Of a DNA stretch of 64,000 nt, positions 29,009 to 38,122 are shown piece after piece. Position numbers and translations under genes: made by a program. The notes under the pieces were generated by a model. The model had not been told where the DNA came from and made no database searches. It saw only the letters and a program-made list of their open reading frames with translations. Each line of letters opens with the position of its first letter. Within the stretch, counting starts at the first letter, position 1. The DNA is from Patescibacteria group bacterium (GTDB lineage Bacteria; Patescibacteriota; Microgenomatia; UBA1400; PJMF01): NCBI GenBank assembly GCA_049322655.1, contig JBMORP010000002.1, positions 172,915 to 236,914 of the forward strand. The letters run 5' to 3'.

Positions 29009-29350
29009 AAATTTTATCTATAAAACACAACATGTTGTGTTTGTGTAACGCAAAGCGCTACTACTACTTGTATCTATGGTGATTATTCATACAGGAAAAA
29101 AAAACAGCACACAATACAAAGAATTCCCAAAAATAAAAACTTGGTTTCTAAATAAAAAAACTAAGATCAGCAAATCAGTCTTTTCTTGTAAAAAGAACAA
29201 AAAAAGTGTTTATTGAAAAAAATAAAACTAAAAAAATTACCACCACACCCCGCTTCCCCCGTGGGTAAGTGTCTCACCTCAAACTGAATCAAAACTGACA
29301 ATCCAACTAGCCAGTTATTTTTTATCACAGAAACCAAAGTAAACACGAAG

Positions 29351-29779
29351 TTACTTGCCAGTACTCCCAAAACCGCCTCTATTTTCAGCTCCAAATTGAT
29401 CAAGCTCTTCAAACTCGACGCTCTCTCTAGACATAATAATCATCTGCACCAATCTATCTCCTTTTTTAACCACAACTTCTTGATCAGTAAAATTGAGTAA
29501 AGCTGCTTTGTATTCGTCGCCATCTCCTCGATAATCATAATCACCCACCCCAATCCCGTTCGCTACCATCAAACCCATCTTATGAAGTGAGCTCCTAGCA
29601 GATAATAAAGCCCAGTGGTCTACTGGTAACTGGATAGCAATATTTAATGGCACTAACTTTACTTGATGAGCTGGAATAAGTGTCTCTTCTCTGGCATAGA
29701 GATCAAAAGCAGCGGCTCCCTCAGTTTTGTATTCTGGCAAAGGCAAACTTTTATCAAAACGCTTAATTAAAACCTTCAT
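29351..29779 (-). CDS. dut: dUTPase
   Basis: Trimeric dUTPase motifs AAFDLYA, GLMVANGIGVGDYDYRG and RGGFGSTG. Start set at the internal ATG (MKVLIKRF). The hand count is off by 1 nt against the ORF track here. Confidence 0.9.
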   Translation of the reverse strand: MKVLIKRFDKSLPLPEYKTEGAAAFDLYAREETLIPAHQVKLVPLNIAIQLPVDHWALLSARSSLHKMGLMVANGIGVGDYDYRGDGDEYKAALLNFTDQEVVVKKGDRLVQMIIMSRESVEFEELDQFGAENRGGFGSTGK

Positions 29780-30372
29780 CTTGTTTCCTTTCCTCTGGCT
29801 CGCCACTCTTGAAGCAGCGTTCCTTGATTATTGAGGGGCTTTTCCTGAGCCAGTTTAAAACTATCAGCCAAAACTTGCTCTAAATCTTGACCAGCAAACA
29901 AAGGAATTCCTTCACCAAGCTTCACGTTAGTTTCTCTAGTTAAATATAGCGTCTCTAATAAACCTGCCAATAAAAATTGAGTATAAATACTGGTTCCACC
30001 ACAGATAGCCAGTTCACTAAAACCAAGTTCTTGAGCATCTTGCTCGGCCTTGGCTAATAACTCTGCCGGGGCTAGGTTTGTGTACTCCAATTTAGCTAGT
30101 GGATATTGACTTTCAGCCTGCCACTTGGTTGGATCACCAGTCAAAACATAGTTCTTTCTGTTGGGTAGCGGCGTATAAGGTCTTCGAGTCGCCCCAAAAG
30201 TCTTTCTCCCCATCACAATTGCTCCAGCTTGCTCAGTTCTAGTCCAAAACCACTCACTATCTTCCTTACTAGTCCATTCCATCGAGTTGTGAGCTTCATC
30301 ACGACCCAAAAAACCATCACCACTTAAAGCCGCAATTAAAAAAACATTCACTTTGACCCTCCTTTTTTCCAC
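29776..30372 (-). CDS. folA: dihydrofolate reductase family protein (GTG start, TGA stop)
   Basis: VFLIAALSGDGFLG and IVMGRKTF...NRKNYVLT blocks. Confidence 0.7.
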   Translation of the reverse strand: MEKRRVKVNVFLIAALSGDGFLGRDEAHNSMEWTSKEDSEWFWTRTEQAGAIVMGRKTFGATRRPYTPLPNRKNYVLTGDPTKWQAESQYPLAKLEYTNLAPAELLAKAEQDAQELGFSELAICGGTSIYTQFLLAGLLETLYLTRETNVKLGEGIPLFAGQDLEQVLADSFKLAQEKPLNNQGTLLQEWRARGKETR

Positions 30373-31103
30373 TCTGCATTCATTAACACTGGAGCATAAA
30401 CATCATCTGCTAACTCAATAACTAGTTCTTGTAGTTCTTGAGCTGTGGGCGGTCTGTCTTGCCAGACAATTGGTTGATGAAAATCAGTTACTACTGCCAA
30501 AGGTCGTTGTTCATTGCCTTCCCCCATCTCAAACACACCAGCAATCGCCACTGCTTCTGCTACCTGAATTTGAGTCATTTCCAGTTTTTTACCAAAAATA
30601 TCTTTGCCCCCTCTTTTATCGATCAAAGCCTTAAAGCCACAGTGGGCAATCGCTGTCCCAGTCACCCCCCAACGTAGAGGCATGGTTTTACTATCAGTCA
30701 CTACTACTCCTAATTTTCTGACTTTAAATGTTTTTCTTAAGTATTGCCAAAGTTCATCAGTTACTTGTTGTAAGTTCTCTGGCCAAAGAATATATTTACC
30801 AGCTGAATTTGACTCATCTATACCAGCATTAACTGCTAATAACGAGTTTTTAATCGTTAACATCACTCCATATTTAGAAAGATTTGGCTCCAAATATAAA
30901 TCTGCTTCATTTCTAGCTAATTGCTGTTTTTCAGCCCTAGTACCTTGCTGAATGTTGGCTGTGCGTTGTTGAGCAAAACTAATAATTTTAGACGTAACTA
31001 CAACAATAGTTTCTTCCTCTAAAGAGCCGACCTGATTTTTAATAAAAGAAAAAAGGTCGTCACCAAACTGAAAAATATTTGTTCTAATAGCCTTTACTTT
31101 CAT
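30348..31103 (-). CDS. CofE-like (F420-0:gamma-glutamyl ligase family) protein
   Basis: N-terminal pattern MKVKAIRT...GDDLFSFI...VVVTSKIISFAQQR resembles CofE. Confidence 0.5.
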   Translation of the reverse strand: MKVKAIRTNIFQFGDDLFSFIKNQVGSLEEETIVVVTSKIISFAQQRTANIQQGTRAEKQQLARNEADLYLEPNLSKYGVMLTIKNSLLAVNAGIDESNSAGKYILWPENLQQVTDELWQYLRKTFKVRKLGVVVTDSKTMPLRWGVTGTAIAHCGFKALIDKRGGKDIFGKKLEMTQIQVAEAVAIAGVFEMGEGNEQRPLAVVTDFHQPIVWQDRPPTAQELQELVIELADDVYAPVLMNAEWKKGGSK

Positions 31104-31173
31104 CTTGTTCAGATTGTACCGTAAAAAAGTATATTTTTAATGGGTTATCAGTTACAATCTGCTCATTCAGTCT

Positions 31174-31749
31174 ATGACAAAAAAACAAAATGGCCATAAA
31201 ATTGCCAGAGATTACCAACTAGTTGCTGATTACGTCAAACAACAACGTCAAAGAAACAAAAAAATAGTTTTAACTCAAGGCTCTTTTGATATGCTCCATA
31301 TTGGTCATGCTAGATACTGCAAAGAAGCCAAGAGCTATGGCAACATCTTGATTGTGGGAGTTGATAGTGACCAAAAAATCAAAGCCAGAAAAGGCGAAGA
31401 TCGACCGATTGTTCCTGAAGATGAAAGACTTGAAATGCTCACTTACCTATCTTCGGTCGACTTAGTTGTTCTTAAAAAACTCACCGCTCCCAAATGGGAA
31501 TTAATTAAAATCATTAAACCAGACGTGCTAATTGCCACCAAAGAAACTTACCAACCTGACCAGATTGCCAAACTAGAAAAAATTTGTGGCCAAGTGGTCA
31601 TCTTAGATCCCATGGCAGTAACTTCTACCAGTGCCAAAATTAGATTACTGCAAATGGGAGCAGCCAAAAAAATCAAATCTGTCTTAACCAATAAATTAAT
31701 TAACACTATTGAGGAGGTTCTCAGTGAACTCAAAGGCGAAAAAAAGTAG
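31174..31749 (+). CDS. cytidylyltransferase-like nucleotidyltransferase
   Basis: (H/T)xGH-type motif GSFDMLHIGH, as in TagD/HldE-C. Confidence 0.7.
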   Translation: MTKKQNGHKIARDYQLVADYVKQQRQRNKKIVLTQGSFDMLHIGHARYCKEAKSYGNILIVGVDSDQKIKARKGEDRPIVPEDERLEMLTYLSSVDLVVLKKLTAPKWELIKIIKPDVLIATKETYQPDQIAKLEKICGQVVILDPMAVTSTSAKIRLLQMGAAKKIKSVLTNKLINTIEEVLSELKGEKK

Positions 31750-32590
31750 CTTGATTTTAGTGAGCTATGTTCCAGTTCTACACCAAGGCTATCTGGATTT
31801 TTTTATTAAAAATATCAAAAAAAATAAAATTACTGAACTCTGGCTTATTAGTAATCAGTTAGCTCATGAACTAAGAGCTTTACAAAAAGATATTCGAGCA
31901 ATCGATGTCAATCTTACCAAAGACTTAATCGAAACATTAAGATTATTTAAATCAGTCAAGATCTTAAACCAGGATAATTTAAAAAATTTACAATCTTCTC
32001 AAAATGCCTTGATTTTTTCTGACGAGACTCTCAGCCACTACCTAGTAGAAAAATATTTTCCTAAAAACAAGGTCAAATTTGACTCCACCTTTTTAATGTG
32101 GGATGAAAAATCATCAATAAAAGAGATTGATTTAGCAAAATATAAAGTTAAAAAGAACAAAAAAAGTATTCTTGACGTTGTGGTTAAAGCTAATACGGAA
32201 AAAACCCAAAGCGATGATTGGTGGCGACACGTTGGAGCGGTTGCTTTCAAGGGTTCCAAAGTTCTATTAGCCCACCACAATCAACATGTACCCACTGAGT
32301 ATCAAACCGCCTATGAAGGTGATCCTAGAGCTAATTTTCACAAGGGCGAATACCTCAAAGTTTCAACCGCCATCCATGCTGAAGCTTTACTGATTGCTGA
32401 TGCGGCTAAACAAGGCATTTCACTCGATGGAGCTGAACTCTTAGTCACCACTTTTCCCTGTCCAGTTTGTGCCAAACAAATCGCTTACAGTGGTGTCAAA
32501 AAAGTTTACTTTATTGATGGTTATAGCGTTCTAGACGGCGAAAGAATCTTGAAAGATAACAATATTAAGATCGAGAAGATTGAACTCTAA
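31709..32590 (+). CDS. fusion protein: degenerate cytidylyltransferase-like N-domain plus dCMP deaminase C-domain
   Basis: The C-terminus has the zinc site HAE...PCPVC of CMP/dCMP deaminases. The N-terminal LILVSYVPVLHQGY echoes the preceding gene's GSFDMLHIGH. The genes overlap by 41 nt. Confidence 0.7.
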   Translation: MRRFSVNSKAKKSSLILVSYVPVLHQGYLDFFIKNIKKNKITELWLISNQLAHELRALQKDIRAIDVNLTKDLIETLRLFKSVKILNQDNLKNLQSSQNALIFSDETLSHYLVEKYFPKNKVKFDSTFLMWDEKSSIKEIDLAKYKVKKNKKSILDVVVKANTEKTQSDDWWRHVGAVAFKGSKVLLAHHNQHVPTEYQTAYEGDPRANFHKGEYLKVSTAIHAEALLIADAAKQGISLDGAELLVTTFPCPVCAKQIAYSGVKKVYFIDGYSVLDGERILKDNNIKIEKIEL

Positions 32591-32618
32591 ATTTTTTGCT
32601 CCAGTTTGGAAAAACCAA

Positions 32619-33089
32619 TTAACCTTTACCAATTTTAAATCTGACTGGTTTGAAGTCAGTTTTTTCGATATCTGGCACAATAAATTGAGCGTGAATGTGC
32701 TTGACTGTCCCAGCTGAGTAATTAGTATCACCAAATCTCATAGCAAAACCACCACCAGGCAATTTATAGGTTTGCTCAACCCACCGAAATAGTTCAATTA
32801 ATTCTTCTCCAGCCCCAGCTGGAATTTCTTGCAAATTCTCAGCGTGAGTCTTGAGAATCGCCAAAAAATGGTACTTGGTATTCTCATAAGGCCAACGATT
32901 AGGCGTAATCAACCAGAATTGACCTTCTTTTAGGACGTCTTGTTGATGGTATTTTTGGAAGTTTTCTAAACAAAATGGACAACCACCATCTTCAATAATC
33001 TGCTCCATCACTACTACTTGTTCTGCTTCTCGAGAGTTATCGATATCAACAAAAGTGGCTGGTCCAGTGTATCTTTGTGATTTTGCCAT
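32619..33089 (-). CDS. HIT-superfamily protein, GalT/Ap4A-phosphorylase branch (HxHxQ)
   Basis: HIHAQ motif with an N-terminal CPFC. Confidence 0.7.
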   Translation of the reverse strand: MAKSQRYTGPATFVDIDNSREAEQVVVMEQIIEDGGCPFCLENFQKYHQQDVLKEGQFWLITPNRWPYENTKYHFLAILKTHAENLQEIPAGAGEELIELFRWVEQTYKLPGGGFAMRFGDTNYSAGTVKHIHAQFIVPDIEKTDFKPVRFKIGKG

Positions 33090-33101
33090 AGTAAAAACTT
33101 T

Positions 33102-34004
33102 CTAAATCGCGACTGGAATATTCCAAATCCCAGGATGTGGTTCATAGTCAGCTAAGGTAAAGTCTTCCACTCGATAATCAAAGAAGTCTTCATGTTTCTT
33201 CATCTTCATCGTGGGTAAAACCTTATCTTCTCTTGCCAACATTTCTTCGACGTAAGGTAATTGATCAACATAAATATGGGCATCAGAAAAGCTATGGACG
33301 TACTCATACGCTTCGTAACCAGTGGCTTCCGCAATCATCATGGTCAAAGCAGCATATTGGGCCAAGTTAGCTGGCAAGCCAATCGGCGTATCACTACTTC
33401 TCTGGAACATATGCAAAGTCAGTTTATTATTGATAATTCTAATATGAATCCAACCGTGACAAGGACAAACCACCACTTTTTGTTGTTTGCCTTTGCCCCG
33501 GATTGTATACTGAGGCACCCAAGGACTAATAAAATGAGTTCTTAGATGTGGTCTTTCCTTAATTTGTTCAATAATGTTTTGAAATTGGTTATAAGTTGGA
33601 CCTTCAGTGGTGGGAAAATCGTGAAAGGCTGCTCCATAACTACCTGGACCCATGTCACCAGTCTCTAAACCTCTCTTTTTACACTTAGCCTCGGTCACCC
33701 AATCCTTCCACCAATGACAACCATAACTGGACAGTTCTTCCTGAGTTCTAGCTCCATTAACAAAACCAATAATCTCACCAATTGCTTGTTGCCAAATCTT
33801 GTCACTAATCTTGCGTTCAGTGATAATCGGAAAACCATTTTCTAGTTTGAAGTGCAGTGAATGTGGAGCAATCAAAGTCAGTGCATCAACACCCTGTTGA
33901 GATTTGGTTCTCACTCCCTCTTTTAGAATCTGTCTCAATAAATCTTTGTACTGATGATCTGGAGTTCTTTTATCTAAAGGTAAATAGCTAAACATATTAG
34001 TCAA
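33102..34004 (-). CDS. thyA: thymidylate synthase
   Basis: Aligns along its full length to ThyA (CPCH, QRSSD, GLPANLAQYA with Asn retained, C-terminal DYEPHPGI...PVAI). Confidence 0.9.
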   Translation of the reverse strand: MTNMFSYLPLDKRTPDHQYKDLLRQILKEGVRTKSQQGVDALTLIAPHSLHFKLENGFPIITERKISDKIWQQAIGEIIGFVNGARTQEELSSYGCHWWKDWVTEAKCKKRGLETGDMGPGSYGAAFHDFPTTEGPTYNQFQNIIEQIKERPHLRTHFISPWVPQYTIRGKGKQQKVVVCPCHGWIHIRIINNKLTLHMFQRSSDTPIGLPANLAQYAALTMMIAEATGYEAYEYVHSFSDAHIYVDQLPYVEEMLAREDKVLPTMKMKKHEDFFDYRVEDFTLADYEPHPGIWNIPVAI

Positions 34005-34195
34005 TGTAACGAAAAAAGAAAAAAAAATCTAGTCTGTTGTGAAAACAATGAAAAATTAAACTTCTTATACTAAAATTTTTTGAGTAAATTTGAGGAGATC
34101 AGTTAGTTGTGATTTCAACTAAAAATAACTTTTATCGACGAGATTATGCAACACAAAACAATTTTAATATAAGAAGTTTAAAATTATAGTTGTTT

Positions 34196-34951
34196 TTACA
34201 AACAATAAGGCACCTCTTGTTTAAACTGCATAGCCCTGATTCGATCAATAATTTTTTTAACTTTATCGAGATCAACTCCAATAATTTCTTCTATCGTTTT
34301 ATGTTGATCCAAATATTGTGCCATCACTAGATCAGCCTCTTGGTAAGAAAAACCTAATTCCTGTTCATCTGTTTGCTGTGACCATAGACCAGCACTAGGA
34401 GCTTTGGTTAAAAAAACTGTTGGTAAACCAAATGTTTCAGCCACTATTCTCACTTGAGTTTTGTATAAACTAGTAATTGGCTCGATGTCTGAAGCTCCAT
34501 CACCAAACCGAGTAAAATAGCCTAAGTATTTCTCTGATTTGTTTTCCGTCCCACAAACTAAAGCATCGAGTTTTTTGGCCAAATCAAAAACAGCAATCAT
34601 TCTAGTTCTAGCCATGACATTACCTAGACGAACTTGATCAGTAATCTCAAGAGCTTGAGCAATTTGCTCAACAATTGGTTTAATCTGTACCGTAGTGAGA
34701 TTTGTTTGTGGAATATCGTTCCAATCAATCACAGTCTGAGCATCAGTCATATCCTGATCTTGATAAGGCAGTAAAATTGGGAAAACATTTTCTGGCCCGA
34801 TTGCTTTAACCACCAAAGATAAAGCCACAGCACTATCAATCCCACCAGAAACAGCAATCACTGCTTTGGTTTTACCAGCCTTGGCAAAAGTCTCTCGAAG
34901 AGAAACAACTAAACGATTAATAGTTTGAGAAGCGTTAAATTCTGACATCAT
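34196..34951 (-). CDS. nadE: NAD+ synthetase (ammonia-dependent)
   Basis: PP-loop SGGIDS. Start trimmed to the internal Met. Confidence 0.85.
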   Translation of the reverse strand: MMSEFNASQTINRLVVSLRETFAKAGKTKAVIAVSGGIDSAVALSLVVKAIGPENVFPILLPYQDQDMTDAQTVIDWNDIPQTNLTTVQIKPIVEQIAQALEITDQVRLGNVMARTRMIAVFDLAKKLDALVCGTENKSEKYLGYFTRFGDGASDIEPITSLYKTQVRIVAETFGLPTVFLTKAPSAGLWSQQTDEQELGFSYQEADLVMAQYLDQHKTIEEIIGVDLDKVKKIIDRIRAMQFKQEVPYCL

Positions 34952-34988
34952 AGGAAGTATTATAAACAAGATTTTTACCAACTTTTAA

Positions 34989-35300
34989 CTAGTTGATAGT
35001 TTTCTTCACTCTCACCCCAACTTTATCAATCAAAGGAAATGTTTTTCTAGCTTCAGCCCAAAATTTTTCTGAAAGTTTTTGTGAATACTGACTAAATGCT
35101 CCTCGACCCATCGCCGAACACAAGCGCCGATCCCAATCCCTGATCAAATCCACTACTTGTTGACCAACTTGATGAAATTTAGCTTCATGTTTGGCTCCTT
35201 CTAACTCAAATAGTTGGTGAATACGAAAAAAATCAGCAAATAACTGCTTATTTTGTTCTTCCATCAAGATGAAATATTGTTTGTATTTGGCTTGAGACAT
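34989..35300 (-). CDS. hypothetical protein
   Basis: Intact ORF between nadD and nadE. No motif recognised. Confidence 0.5.
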   Translation of the reverse strand: MSQAKYKQYFILMEEQNKQLFADFFRIHQLFELEGAKHEAKFHQVGQQVVDLIRDWDRRLCSAMGRGAFSQYSQKLSEKFWAEARKTFPLIDKVGVRVKKTIN

Positions 35301-35306
35301 TTTGGA

Positions 35307-35885
35307 CTACCTATACAAATTGTTATTTTTAATATATTCAATAATTTCGTCTTTAACCACAGCAGAAATATCTTCTCCATTAGCTACTTTTTGTCTGACT
35401 AAAGTTGAAGAAACCTCTATTTCTTGCATATTTGTCAAAGAAGTCATGTTGTCATAAAGAGGTGAAAAAGGATAACCTTTCCTGGGATAAACAAAAAAAT
35501 GATATTTAGCTAACATTTGCTTGAAATCACGACCTAGACTATCTCCCCAGAGGTGAAACTTAGCTAGATTATCTGAACCAATTAACCATGAAAACTCATG
35601 TTCTGGATATTTTTGAGCCAAAGCATCTAGCGTTTCATGGGAGTAACTAATACCTGCTTTATCAAGTTCATAAGTTTCGATTTTAGTTCTAGGATCATCA
35701 GCTACTAGGAACTCTAACATTGCCAAACGATGATGGTCGGCAGTAAGCTTTTTGGCAAAGGGATGAGTCTTGGCCGGGACATACCAAACCTGATCAGCAA
35801 TAACCAAATCAAGAATATTTTTAGTAATTGAATGATGACCTAAATGAGGTGGATCAAAAGCTCCTCCAAAGAGAATTATTTTCAT
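35307..35885 (-). CDS. nadD: nicotinate-nucleotide adenylyltransferase
   Basis: GGAFDPPHLGH motif. Confidence 0.9.
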   Translation of the reverse strand: MKIILFGGAFDPPHLGHHSITKNILDLVIADQVWYVPAKTHPFAKKLTADHHRLAMLEFLVADDPRTKIETYELDKAGISYSHETLDALAQKYPEHEFSWLIGSDNLAKFHLWGDSLGRDFKQMLAKYHFFVYPRKGYPFSPLYDNMTSLTNMQEIEVSSTLVRQKVANGEDISAVVKDEIIEYIKNNNLYR

Positions 35886-35900
35886 GATATTGAAACTATT

Positions 35901-38069
35901 TTAAGCCTTTTTTTTCTTGCTAGTTTTTCTTGCTTTGGTCTTAGCTGGTTTTGATTTAGGAGCATTTTTTTTGTCACCAAAACGTTTTTTCTTACGTTCT
36001 TCTCTGGCTTTTTTCATCTCTTCCCAGGCTTGTTTAGAGATCTTTAGGTCTGGCTCTGGCTTAGACCAACTAGCCCAATCACACTTTGGGTAATTGCCAC
36101 AACCATAGAAAGATTTGCCCCAACGACTTGGCTTGATAATGATTTCTCCTTGACCACAAACAGGACACATTTGACCAGATAATTTTTCAACGATGTTCTC
36201 GGTGAATTTACACTCAGGGTAACGGCTACAACTCTTGAAACGGCCAAACCGACCATCTCGAATCACAATCTCACCTTTTTCTGTTTTACCACAATCTGGA
36301 CAAGGCTCACCAGTTTTCTCTACTGGAATTTCAGCTCTGTCAGCAGCTTTTTCTACTTCTTTAATCTTGGTGGCTAATGGGTTAAAAAAAGTTTTAACTA
36401 CTTTTTTCCATTCTTTCTCACCCCGAGCAATACGATCCAAATCCTCTTCTATCTCTGCAGTAAAGTCATAGTTCATGATTTCTGGAAAGTTTTTTAACAA
36501 GAAATCACTCACCACCATCCCAATTTTAGTAGCAAAAAATCTTTTTTCTTCTCGATTAACATAACCACGATCAACAATCACTGAGATAATACTGGCATAG
36601 GTACTAGGCCGACCAATTCCTCTTTTCTCTAGCTCTTTGACCAAAGAAGCATCATTATATCTAGCAGGAGGTTGAGTGAATTTTTGATTAGCTCGTAAAT
36701 CAGACTCAAATAAGCTTTGGCCTTTGGTTAAATTTGGTAATAAGGTGTCACCATTGCCGGCAAATAGTTCTGTCCAACCGGCGAATTCTTTAATCGAACC
36801 ATTAGCTTGTAACAAAGCTTGATATTGGTCATTTTTTGCTACAACTATTACCTTAGTTTGCTGATAAACAGCAGACTCCATTTGTGAAGCCACAAATCTC
36901 CTCCAAATTAAGTCATAGAGTTTTTGTTGTTGTGGAGTTAAATTAGTCACTTGTTCCGGCAAGTGACTAGCATGAGTTGGCCTAATTGCTTCGTGAGCTT
37001 CTTGAGCATTTTTTGATTTAGTGGCAAAAATTCTTGGCTGAGTTGGTAAATATTTATTGCCAAATTTACTTGTAATTAACTCTCGAGCAGCTGCAATCGA
37101 TTCACTGGCCAGATTGACTGAGTCAGTGCGATGATAAGTAATCAAACCTTCTTCATAAAGTTGTTGGGCTAAAGACATGGTTTGTTTGGCTGAATAACCA
37201 AACTTATTAGCAGCAGCTTGTTGCAAAGTAGAAGTTGTAAATGGAGGTAAACTTTGACGCTTTCGTTGTTTTTGTTCAATGTCTTGAACAAGATAGCTGG
37301 CTTTTGCTAAAAATTTAGTCACATCAACTACATCAGCTTCTGTTTTGGGTTCATACTTCTTTTTTTGCCAATCGGTAACTTGAGCTATAAAAACATTTTC
37401 TGGAAGCTCTTTGAGTTCCCTACCTTCTTGATCAAAAGTCTTCAGCTGTTTATTCTCAGTATTTAGTCCAACCATTACTTCCCAATATTCTTCTGGAACA
37501 AAAGCAGCGATTTCTTTTTCTCTTTCAGCAATTAATCTCAACGCTACTGATTGAACTCGACCAGCAGACAAACCTCGACGAACTTTTTTCCACAAAACAG
37601 GAGAAACCTTATAACCAACCAAACGATCAACTACTCTTCTAGCTTGCTGAGCATCTACCAAATCCAAAACAATCTTACCTGGCTGCTCAATTGCTTTTAA
37701 AACCGCCTCTTTGGTGATCTGATGGAAAGTCGATCTTAAAAACTTTAAATTGAGTTTTTTGTCATCTAACAAATGTTTGACATGCCAAGCAATTGCTTCC
37801 CCTTCTCGGTCAGGATCCATAGCCAGATAAACAGTATCTGATTGTTTGGCTGCTTTTTTTAATTGAGCCAGAACCTTTTTTTTGTTAGGGCTGACTTCAT
37901 ATTCTGGTTCAAAATCATTTTTAAGATCAACACCCAAACTTTTAGAGGGCAAATCTCTAATATGACCAACTGAAGCCTCAATAATAAAATCTTTACCCAA
38001 ATACCCACGAAGCTTTCTTGCCTTGGTGGGAGACTCAACAATCACTAGTTTAGCTTTTTTACTCGCCAT
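35901..38069 (-). CDS. topA: DNA topoisomerase I with C-terminal zinc ribbons and Lys-rich tail
   Basis: Toprim domain, catalytic Tyr region and multiple CxxC ribbons. Confidence 0.95.
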   Translation of the reverse strand: MASKKAKLVIVESPTKARKLRGYLGKDFIIEASVGHIRDLPSKSLGVDLKNDFEPEYEVSPNKKKVLAQLKKAAKQSDTVYLAMDPDREGEAIAWHVKHLLDDKKLNLKFLRSTFHQITKEAVLKAIEQPGKIVLDLVDAQQARRVVDRLVGYKVSPVLWKKVRRGLSAGRVQSVALRLIAEREKEIAAFVPEEYWEVMVGLNTENKQLKTFDQEGRELKELPENVFIAQVTDWQKKKYEPKTEADVVDVTKFLAKASYLVQDIEQKQRKRQSLPPFTTSTLQQAAANKFGYSAKQTMSLAQQLYEEGLITYHRTDSVNLASESIAAARELITSKFGNKYLPTQPRIFATKSKNAQEAHEAIRPTHASHLPEQVTNLTPQQQKLYDLIWRRFVASQMESAVYQQTKVIVVAKNDQYQALLQANGSIKEFAGWTELFAGNGDTLLPNLTKGQSLFESDLRANQKFTQPPARYNDASLVKELEKRGIGRPSTYASIISVIVDRGYVNREEKRFFATKIGMVVSDFLLKNFPEIMNYDFTAEIEEDLDRIARGEKEWKKVVKTFFNPLATKIKEVEKAADRAEIPVEKTGEPCPDCGKTEKGEIVIRDGRFGRFKSCSRYPECKFTENIVEKLSGQMCPVCGQGEIIIKPSRWGKSFYGCGNYPKCDWASWSKPEPDLKISKQAWEEMKKAREERKKKRFGDKKNAPKSKPAKTKARKTSKKKKA

Positions 38070-38122
38070 ACAACCAACGACTATACACTATCCGGCAAGT
38101 ATTTCCCAACAACGACTCTTTA

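Noticed and set aside
29167-29412. 81-aa ORF in the dut downstream spacer
   Set aside because: It overlaps the dut 3' end and lies in a low-complexity A/T-rich spacer.
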